Positions 54,313 to 64,000 of a DNA stretch of 64,000 nucleotides are shown here, one piece after another (position 1 is the stretch's first letter; the number at the start of each line of letters is the position of its first letter). The notes under the pieces were generated by a model that saw nothing but the letters and a program-made list of their open reading frames with translations, did no database searches and had not been told where the DNA came from. This DNA comes from Trichoplax sp. H2. Taxonomy: Eukaryota. Position numbers and translations under genes: made by a program. The stretch is from positions 248,001 through 312,000 of the forward strand of contig NOWV01000023.1 in NCBI GenBank assembly GCA_003344405.1. The letters are read 5' to 3'.

Positions 54313-55364
54313 ATACTGAACGCCAACTTTCAGAAAGAAACTTGTAAGCGAGCCCTTTTCAAATTTCTACCCACAGGTCCAAAGTAATTAGCCATAGTTG
54401 CCGACTGAATCCTTCGATTATCGCAGCCATCTCTTCGGTAAGCCATCTGATAGCTTAATGATGAAAAGGTGATGCTAATGGGTGACTATTTTTGTCATGC
54501 CTTTACATATCCACCAGAATGTATAGTCGATAATCGGTATTTTTTGCACTCAAATAGAGGATGTCAACGGACATTGTACGGTACTGCACGTCTTGATAGT
54601 TTCATCGACTTTTGCTATGCCAACGACATGATGCACTGACAGTTATTCAGTAAAGACGATAGGAATAGGTCACCTAATTAATATACTGTACGTATAAAAT
54701 GCACATGTATCAGATCACTATCGCTAGTTGATTGGATACTACTGTATAGTGCAGCTGAGATTGATAGGAAATAGTACTTAGTTAGCGACTAGAAAAGGAT
54801 TAATGGACGCATGAACTGTAAATGGACTTACACAAGACTCTACTCCAAGTATACAGTATATATTATTGTAATGCTGATGGAGGTCTTTTACCATTATCAG
54901 GTAATAGCAATGAGAGTGTAAAGTATTGGAATGGCTAACGGTAATCTTCATGCTTTGAAAACACAAAAAAATGACTAAAATGCACTTTGTTCGCGTCCAC
55001 TATTCCATTGATTATGCCGTAGCTTTGTTGAAGTATCCCGTTGCAACTGTATAAACTACTATACGCGTGCAGTCACTACTGTACGGTATGACCGTAGAAT
55101 GCAATTCAAAGAGGTTGACTGAGAATGATAATTATACTAAAGTACTGTAATTCAGTTCAATCTCCAAAGGAATTTGGCTAGCAATGCTTCGTTTGACTGC
55201 AATTACGATGTTGCAATCGTAGAAGTAACGATGGAACGTTTAGTGACTGCAATACCAACTCAATAAACTCCGAGCTACAACTTGATTTCTTGATCGTCTT
55301 ACCAATAACAATATTATTGTTTCCTTTCTATAGAAATCGTAACATTGGATATTCCTAAGGCAAG

Positions 55365-57210
55365 ATGTCAATCGATATCCCTCCAAATCAAACTTTATAC
55401 GTTAATAATTTAAATGAGAAGGTCAAGAAAGAAGGTTAGTTCAACAGCAAGACAGCAGATAAATGGCAATCTTTTAGCCAGCCAATAAAATCCTATCGCT
55501 ATTGCAAAATTCATGTAGTATTAAAGTAAATTTATGATGGACTTTCGTATCTTTAGATAGTATTTGCACGTTTGCTGATATAATTAGTTATTAGGATCAC
55601 CCATATCGTAGTAATTATGCAAGCGCTACCATAGCCCATATACTCTAACGTCTTTACAGTTATAATGATAAATTAACGAAATACCGTAGAGAAAGCAAAA
55701 TACGTATATGTTTCGATGGGTATGAAAACTTGAGTAACCAAGATACAGACATAATAATAAGCACGAATTTACTCGCAATACATAGGATAATATACACGTT
55801 ACAAAAGTTTTTATTACGGTATATCAACTTTGCATTTCCCAAGGATCTATCTAATGATTATATATAATTTAATTTATTACCTTTGGATTAGAATTAAAGA
55901 AATCCTTATACGCGATATTTTCTCAATTTGGCGCGATATTGGATATCATTGCCATGAAAACTTTAAAGATGAGAGGACAAGCGTTTGTAGTTTTTGAGGA
56001 TATTAGTAGTGCTACTAACGCACTACGAGCGATGCAAGGATTTCCTTTTTATGAGAAGCCTATGGTAATAAAGAAGTCATTGTAGACTCATACAAATTTT
56101 ACTACCCTAGGCCTTTATTTGCACGACTTACCAGTCGATATATCGTTATACGTACTTTCCGTATGTGCCTAGTAGCTATTACGTGCTAAAGTGAATTAAT
56201 ATGCTATTGATATGAATTGACAATCATATATTTAGAAAGTAGCTTCGGCAAGATCTAGAAATTTTTGATATCAATACTAATCGGTAGTGTTACATAAGAG
56301 TAAAACGTTTGCGATCTTGGTTAATGTTTAAAAGAAATTAATAAAACATTTGTGAAATATTACAAATTAAGCAAATAGAATTTGGTGTATATAGCACTCG
56401 TAAATATATAACTTACAAATTTATTCTTCCTTACTTAACAATGAATTTTAGAGAATTACTTATTGTAAATCGAAATCAGATGCGGTAGCTAAGAAAGATG
56501 GCTCATATGTACCTAGGGAGAAGAAGGTTAGAGAGAAGAGAAAGCCCGACGAAGGTTAATACAAGAATACAATATAGCGTTATATTAGTACCTTAGTATT
56601 TACTTGCATGGTATCAATCTTATTTTCTAAATATGCGTATGGTATAAATCTGCTCAGCTCCGAAACCGAAACCTGCCAAGAAACAAGCTCCTGCTGCTGG
56701 CGAACCTGCTCCTGCTGCGACTGGTAGAGCTTCTTTCGGTATGACTGTCAATACAACTTCGATATTTACGTACCTAATTGGTGGCATTTGTTATTAATTT
56801 ATTGATTTAAAAATTCAATTTTTTATTCTAGGAATGCCACATGCTGCCGGTAGCCAAGAGGAACTTCCTAATAAGATCTTATTCTTAACTAATCTCCCTG
56901 AAGAGACTACGGAATTAATGCTTTCGATGTTATTCAATCAGTATGTCCTTTTGTCCATAAAATTTGAAAAAGTCTTGATCAGTATTACTTTTGTGAGTGT
57001 GTGTGATTTTGAGCTGTATATTAATTCGATCATGGTGTGTTCATTGACAGATTTCCTGGATATAAAGAAGTCCGTTTGGTTCCAGGAAGACATGATATTG
57101 CATTTGTCGAATTTGAATCGGAGATTCAAGCAGCTACAGCTCGTAATTCATTGAATGGCTTTAAAATTACACCAACTCATCAAATGAATATCGCATTTGC
57201 CAAAAAATAA
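55365..57210 (+). CDS. SNRPA: U1A/U2B''/SNF-family snRNP protein with two RRMs (SNF-type)
   Basis: [58 protein letters not shown]...[21 protein letters not shown]...; RRM2 [46 protein letters not shown]...IAFAKK*. Probable non-coding exon donor at 54438 and acceptor at 55333. Confidence 0.97.
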
Positions 57211-57314
57211 GCTCATGGTGGTTATTACCGTCCACCATTATGCGGTAAAAATGATCGTATTTAGTATTGGTAATGCTGAAAGCCTTTTCTGTTCTACTTT
57301 TAAGAATCGTCCCT

Positions 57315-57441
57315 TGCATTGCACTTTGCATCGGTGATTGATTTACTGTCCAGTAATTACGAATTTTTGATCCTATTATGCGCCCTTGTTTACATATTAT
57401 AATTTGATTATTAGAGACTTAGCATTGCACAAAGCTGAGTC
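57315..57441 (+). promoter_or_regulatory. Two U1A-binding-type hairpins (AUUGCAC in 10-nt loops) in the U1A/SNF 3'UTR
   Basis: TGC-ATTGCACTTT-GCA (57315-57330) and GACTTAGC-ATTGCACAAA-GCTGAGTC (57416-57441); both loops are closed by C-G, as in U1 snRNA stem-loop II. Confidence 0.8.
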
Positions 57442-58447
57442 ATTAGGAAATTAACATTTTATATAGTACGAAACGTTTAGCATTGGATTTGGCTAAGAAT
57501 GAGTGTTTTGGTGAAGAAGCAGTGAATGAAGAATGGCATTTGCACCTAAGTTTAAAAATTTAATGTAACCTATTAGAGCGGAGCTCGTAAAGATTAGAAT
57601 ATGCGATACCATAGTCACTGGTTCCACTGATAAGGAAGTACGTGTAATATTTTTTATCGAGGCGATTGCTGACATAAGGCTCATGTGATAGGTCGTAGCG
57701 TTTCAATCTCGTAAGGGATGTCACGCAAAGGGATAGAACAGATACTACACCTTTGACCTTTTATTACCTTCGACATATTATAATATTGTACTTTTGGTTA
57801 ATGACTGTTCAACAATAAAGGTTTATTGAACTAAAGATGATCATGCGTGCAATGCCCTGATTACCAAAGAAGCTAAGGAATTGAAAGTTCTTAGATGTGT
57901 GTTTGTGTCATTTAGTGCAGTTACTTATAGTCTAAATTATTTTGATAAAAGTATCATTATGATAAGGAGATCGATTACAATTCGTAGACCTTTTAGTGTT
58001 TCGTGACTTGCAAACGGTTTAATAATTATGCACACACAATCGGACCGTAGTTAGACTGTTACTTTATCCAATCATTGTGACAGACTCGAGCTTTTTCAAG
58101 CAAGGCAATGATAGTATGTATACTTTGTCTTGACTATAGATCCGATCTTATACGATATGAAAATTGCAACATAACTAAAATAGTTAAATTATGCCAAGAA
58201 AATTGAAGGATAAGCCACATCTTTGAAATAATTGCATAAACTCTATATTTTTATCTCTACTTAATGATGCAGTATAATAGAAGTAGTAATCGTTATGATG
58301 GCGAAAGTTGCCGTTATTGATTTATAGCAATATTTCACAATTCCATGAAAATTTACAACTAGCTAATCAAGAATGAACGATACAGTTGTACAGTACTGTA
58401 GACAATTAAAAACTATTAAGATTTTACAATAGAGACTAAGGTGTAAC

Positions 58448-61400
58448 CTAAACTTTCTTCAAAGATGCTGAAATATCTTTCGCTCCTTTAGCTTTTCGCC
58501 ATAAGATAATTTCCTATTCGATTAGATCAACAAAACAAGTATAACTTTAATAAGTACATGTCTACATCGCACCAGTAACTGGATTACTGAAAGGAGCTTA
58601 TACGAAGTTATTATTTGGTATCGTAACGTAAATACCATCCGCCTTGGTAGTCATCAATCTGCGCATAAAATACACTACATCTTGTTGAGATACTATAATA
58701 AAATTAATTAATTTACCTGTTGCTTAAAATATCTCCTATCTTCTTCATCGATTAGAACAAGATTGAGAAAATAGCGGACAGAGAATTTTTTGTTTACGTC
58801 TTTTAAAGTAGGCGTTAAATCGTAGTTAGCTAGGAACAAACGGATTGGAATGGATTCCCCTACAGAAGAGTGAAGATCTTTTATTTCACCAGTAATTCTA
58901 ATTGTTAAATACTTTAAAAAATGCAGACCTCTAACTGGTGCGCCATCCATAATCTCAAACTTTGCAACGGTTTCGTTCTCATGGTAGACATTTGCACCTG
59001 TTCCTGTCTGTTCTCGCTTGATAATGGCCAATTCCATGTACTTAATCTTGATTCGGACCAGTAAAAAATATATTTTACCAACGATTACGTCATTCAAGGA
59101 GTATCTAAGAAATGCCATATAAATCGAACCATGAAATATTACTCTTATCGAAATTATTTACCGATATTAATTAATTAATTAATATTAGGAGTATTTCGTA
59201 AGTTTTGCAATAAGATATTACTTAGATTTATTATATTCAAATTCTATATGCAGACAATCTTCAATTCCGACTTCCATTTTGATACTGCAATATTGAAAAT
59301 TTAGTTAAAAGTAGCATAAAATATTAAATTAAATTAAATTTAGCAAGCCATCTCTGCTATTACCTGTTATTAATATCAGGATATTGGGAAAGGGTATGGA
59401 CGCCAATATCCAGCTCTTTTACGATATCAGAAATACGACGACAGATGGATGCACGCAGGAAATACCTACATTTTAGCGTTGAGTATAATTTATGTCAAGA
59501 ACTATGCTGGTATATTTACAAGGTTTTAGAGTGATGTAATTTAGTCATACGTTTTTTAGGCTTGACTAACCTAAGCCTAACATTGTTGCCACTATAGGTC
59601 TCAAAAGGTTTTTCAACATTAACAAATTCGAAATCAATGGCAGCATTTTGAGTTAATTCGCCGGGATGAGCTAATTCTTTTACCAGTGAGATGAATTCAT
59701 GGTGATTGCCACGATCATAATACAGTTCTATATAAATAGACCAATAGAGTTTAATTATTTCATTGTTTTCATAAAATATTAATAGATTGATTAAAAGTTA
59801 ACAAGGTATATCTAGGCCCTCAATACATATATTAAAATAATAACAAAATGTATACACGGATACTGCTTTTCGACATTAAGGGCTTGAGCTAAATTTTGGG
59901 ATAATCTATTTATTAACTGTATATAAAGTATAACCACGTAATAAAGCTCTATTAATAGACATTACGAAAGAGTTTGAAGTGATTGCTTTTATGCTTGGAA
60001 GTTTTCGAACTTAGTCAGTATTTACTGCTCTATGATGAAAACATAACCAAATGAACTTATCTCCAGTTCGACTTACCAATTTGACCAACAAATTCAATTT
60101 TAATACCCTGGTGTTCTAGCTTTTTTCCAGGATTCTTTAATTGAATTTTTAGCTAATGTAAATTTGATGATGTATTGTTAGGTGAAGTTGTACAATTAAT
60201 ACCTTGAATACACATAGTAGATTAAATCATTTCGAATATTGAATATACTATGCCTCACCTTGCCCTTAATATTTTCACCATCATAAAAGAGAGCTAATTT
60301 CTCAAGCTTGCCTTCTTCGGTTTTTATTTCAGTTGGCTGCCTATCATCTGCGTTGTCAAGTTCGATTTCTAAGTCAGCTGACTGTCCAAATCTGAAGAAG
60401 CTCTATAGCGTAATTGAGACATTGGGTTTGTATGAGTGAAGTGGTGATATATCCTCGGTTTGAGGAGTAACGTATATCTGTACTTTTAATTCATATTATG
60501 CAACATGACTTGACAATTTTACGATTAAAGATACTGAATACTGTAGTTTGAGGTATACGACATTTTCGTTCGTAGTATGAACTCATGCGGGGGGGGGGGG
60601 ATCGATAGCAGTATAAAAATGTGACAAAGCTGTAAGTAACTTATGACGGTATATTTCCGATTTAATTGATTAGACATTAGTACGGAAATAAAGCGGTAGA
60701 TGGTTTACACTTTCTTATTTAATGGCTGTTGACAATGACATAAATTTATGATATAAGGAAGATATGTATTACTCTTCAATCATCAATTATACCGTTGCAT
60801 ACAATTTACTCATTTAACGTGAGTACAATTCCATAACTAATTGGTGTAATATCATCCATTTCGGAGTTCAATTTGATTTGAATTCATTACTATAGCTATC
60901 ATTTGTTCAAATAGATTTCTAATGGTGTAAATATGCAGTAAGTACTGTAGAATTGATATCCTAGTAGTAGTTAAAAGCTATCGCAGTTGGCCGGATATGA
61001 AAGTTTATACCTTTACGAGTACAGTACCTATGGATTTATATTCAATGGATGAGGAGATTATTGAGGTAATAAAATAGTTATTTTGTGTTGCATAATCAAG
61101 TTGTTAAAAAGAATTAACATTTGTCAAGGTAAGAGTTGTTTCGTCTGTATAGTTAGTTAGTCGACACAAGACGATAGCAACCAACCACTGCATACTAGTA
61201 ATGAATTGGATCAAAGCAATGAAATCTAAAAAACCAATATTGTACAAAGTATTAAGTTACATCACAGTAAAGTATTTCTTCAGTATCAGGTGATTTCATT
61301 GATGCATGCATTGGGTATTGTTGTGTCCTATGACTTTAAGGCAAGTTTAAAGTGAGGATAACTTTAGGATTTTGGTAGGCCATGAAAAATAGATTGCTTC

Positions 61401-61867
61401 CCTTGAAATCAATCGATCTGTCTTTTGCTGTAATGAAGGTTACCGTCATTTTAGTTAAGGCATCGCCGTATTACATTTATCTTTGGACAATGAGGTACCT
61501 CCTACGGTACAAGTGGATACTAAAAGCCAATCATGTCTGTTCGTCTATCCTATTTCGATACACATACTGTCTATTTGGCTATGTGGCAAGGAAAGATTGA
61601 TCAAGAGTGAAAATAAGTAATTTTCTGCACGATGATGACCAACATCATCTGTACACAGCAGTCCTACAGCAACTGAGTGGGTGACTACTTCCTACGACTG
61701 GAAGTGCCAATTTTCCTACACTTCATTTTCTTATACTAGCCGAATAGGATATCTCTAGGCATATTTCTCATGAAACAGAGGTCAACTAAGGTATTCTGTG
61801 CATGGAATTGACTTTTAAATGAAGTAATCCTAGTTGCAAATGAATTGTAGTTGTAATTTCTCACCAT
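58448..61867 (-). CDS. VPS26: Retromer subunit VPS26
   Basis: ATG|gtgag at 61867-61865, then SFFRFGQSADLEIEL...FYDGENIKGK|...KKLEHQGIKIEFVGQI|ELYYDRGNHHEFISLVKELA...|KMEVGIEDCLHIEFEYNKSK|YSLNDVIVGKIYFLLVRIKIK...EEDRRYFKQQ|EIILWRK...*. Confidence 0.97.
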
Positions 61868-61954
61868 TTCCACTAGCAGTGATCTTCGCTGGCTGGCGGT
61901 GCAATTGCTTATGATGAAGGAAGTGGGTCGAGATTTTTTCTTCTGCGCATACGT

Positions 61955-62145
61955 GCACACGCGCCGTACTGTACGGATGACATAATTGATGAGTACGCGA
62001 GTGCTTGGAAAGTGGGTCCGGTATGGTCCGGTCCGGTACGGTACGGGACAGTTGATTGACTGTAGCAGTGGGGGTGGTAAGCTTCTCTTCGACAGTCGTT
62101 CGTGGTACTATACTGTATTGACAATACTCTAGTACTGTACAGTAT
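61955..62145 (-). promoter_or_regulatory. VPS26 promoter with a (GGACC/GTACC)n array and ACAGT motifs
   Basis: The minus strand reads CCGTACCGTACCGGACCGGACCATACCGGACC (62015-62046) about 150 bp upstream of the ATG. Confidence 0.55.
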
Positions 62146-63059
62146 GGACTCCTCAACCACCCCACTAGACAAAATTAACCAACTACCAGGACTTACTCCA
62201 TGTTTTTTTAAGTTCTTCTAGTAATCCATGCAACTACCTACTTTTGGTGAATTGGGAGTGATGAAGCAGTTTCTGATAATACTATAGGCTATAGTATTCT
62301 GTGCATAGTTTGAGTTTTTACTGTCGGTATCCTGCAGCCACTGCCAGATTCCACCCTATTAACTCCACCATGGACTACTAGAAGAAGACCTGCTGTAGGT
62401 CGCCCTGGACTAGACAGACGGACCGTTCTTACTCAAGCAGGCCGTCAAGATCCCAAAATGACCACTTACAGCGGTATGGATCTTCCATGCTTGTTTTCTA
62501 AATCACTGGTACTCATTGAAATTGCGTCTATGATCTGTTTTCAAGCAGCATTTTATAACAGATAATAAGATTCAATGGAATATTCCTTGATAACCAAACT
62601 ATCAGTCAAAATTCAAAAATCGACTGTCTTTCTATTAATAGTACTGGCCTAACCAAGCGTTTGATACAATATTTGAAGGAGATGAGGTGGGAAATGTCTA
62701 TCCGTCCGAAGGAGTGATCCGTCGACAGTAACGTCTTCTTCTAGTCATCCATGATGGTTAGCGTTAACTTCGTGGACATTATAGGATTATCGCAGCAAAC
62801 TACAATAGAGATTCATGTCTGCATCTGTTCATAGACAGTAGTGTAGTAATGTAGAACTTACATACTTTACTGTATATTATAATAGTGAATGTACGCTTTT
62901 CCTGCAGCCAATAACTGCCAGATTCCTCCAGTCGTCCATCTTACTGGAGCGTACAATTGTATCCTGTACACTAGAGTGGACTAGGAAGGGGAAATGAATG
63001 AATTCGAGAATGATGGAGTATCCACGGCCATGGCATCTACAACAACAGGACACTCTTAA

Positions 63060-64000
63060 TCAAGTACACTTTGCACAACGACTACTTAAACAAGGAAAGA
63101 GGGACATCAAACTGTCCTTCGCTATACTGGAAATGGGCAATCTGAGTACTTTTTACTAGTAATATCATATCGAGTGAGATGACCACCTGGCCACTCTGAT
63201 GTTTTCTCCAACAGTATAGGATAAATGCTGTGGGATTATGACTACGTGTTTATTCGTGTTTTGCCACTTTCTTCTTTCCTCTGCATAGAAGAGCATTGTG
63301 TGTAAGACAGCCATATACAGTATACAGTCGACTACTCAAAGAAGGAAAGAGGGACATCAAACTGTCCTTTGCCATACTGGAAATGGGCAATCTGACTACT
63401 TTTGCTAGTAATATATCATATCGAGTGAGATGACCACTTAGCCAACCCCTATGGGGCGTGTAGATCAAGACTAGCCTTCAGGATCAAACCTTTTCTCCTA
63501 GAGGTAGAATGCCGTGGGATTATGACTACAGACTAGGTATCCATTCGTGTTTTGCCGCTTTTTGTAAGACAGCCATATACAATATACAGTCCACTAGGCA
63601 GTCGACTACTCAAAAAAGGAAAGAGGGACATCAAACTGCCCTTTGCCATACTGGAAATGGGCAATCTGACTACTTTTGCTAGTAATATATCATATCGAGT
63701 GAGATGACCACCTAGCCACCCCTATGATCAAAACCTTTTCTCCTAGAGGTAGAATGCCGTGGGATTATGACTACAGACTAGGCATCCATTCGTATTTTGC
63801 CACTTTCTTCTTTTCCTCTCTGCATAGAAGAACATTATGTAAGACAGCCATATACATTATACAGTCCACTAGGCAGTCGACTACTCAAAAAAGGAAAGAG
63901 GGACATCAAACTGCCCTTTGCCATACTGGAAATGGGCAATCTGACTACTTTTGCTAGTAATATATCATATCGAGTGAGATGACCACCTAGCCACCCCTAT
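63060..64000. repeat. Tandem repeat with a 250-275 bp unit, at least 4 copies, running off the window end
   Basis: AAGGAAAGAGGGACATCAAACTG.CCTT.GC.ATACTGGAAATGGGCAATCTGA at about 63092, 63342, 63617 and 63891. Confidence 0.95.

Noticed and set aside
53877..54387. Cys/Tyr/Thr/Val-rich ORFs (also 9642-9986, 45402-45590, 47499-47792, 61830-62172)
   Set aside because: Artefacts of ACAGT/GTACC pentamer repeats, which contain few stop codons.
55562..57546. Extra TTTGCAC near-matches to the U1A site (55563, 56118, 57539)
   Set aside because: They mismatch the first base and have no convincing stems, so they were not counted as binding sites.
58860..58928. 69-nt stop-free in-frame VPS26 intron (retention would add 23 aa)
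   Set aside because: Canonical GT-AG intron interrupting the conserved PVRG|ESIP; short stop-free 3n introns arise by chance.
60589..60600. G12 homopolymer in VPS26 intron 1
   Set aside because: Isolated run, too short for a confident G-quadruplex call.
1..64000. CRISPR arrays, rRNA/tRNA genes, autonomous transposons, prokaryotic operons
   Set aside because: None recognised; the repeats lack unique spacers and no transposase or reverse-transcriptase motifs were seen.

Overview
AT-rich, gene-dense eukaryotic nuclear DNA with many short GT-AG introns and animal-type genes. The compact layout suggests an early-branching animal such as a placozoan (inference only). Manual splicing supports about 14 protein-coding genes: the 3' end of an unknown gene, RING1/RNF2 (-), a WW + 3x CUE-like protein (+), GTPBP6/HflX (-), RPL32 (+), a membrane-anchored JmjC oxygenase (-), a LYR-motif protein (+), a NEK kinase (-), an sFRP-like secreted protein with an inserted TSP1 domain (-), an orphan gene (+), PUR-alpha (+), TIPIN (-), an SNF-type U1A/U2B'' gene (+) and VPS26 (-). 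There are also four tandem repeat arrays. Main observations: (1) the U1A/SNF 3'UTR carries two hairpins mimicking U1 snRNA stem-loop II, and the protein keeps the U1A REKRKP motif, suggesting a PIE-like autoregulatory circuit with a different RNA architecture; (2) ACAGT pentamer clusters and an oriented (GGACC/GTACC)n array mark promoters and predict a hidden antisense promoter inside the PUR-alpha intron; (3) an Fz-TSP1-NTR protein has lost one disulfide pair; (4) a strongly structured intron in the JmjC gene; (5) two perfect hairpins share a YTGGTA loop. Exon coordinates were read by eye and may be off by a few bases.
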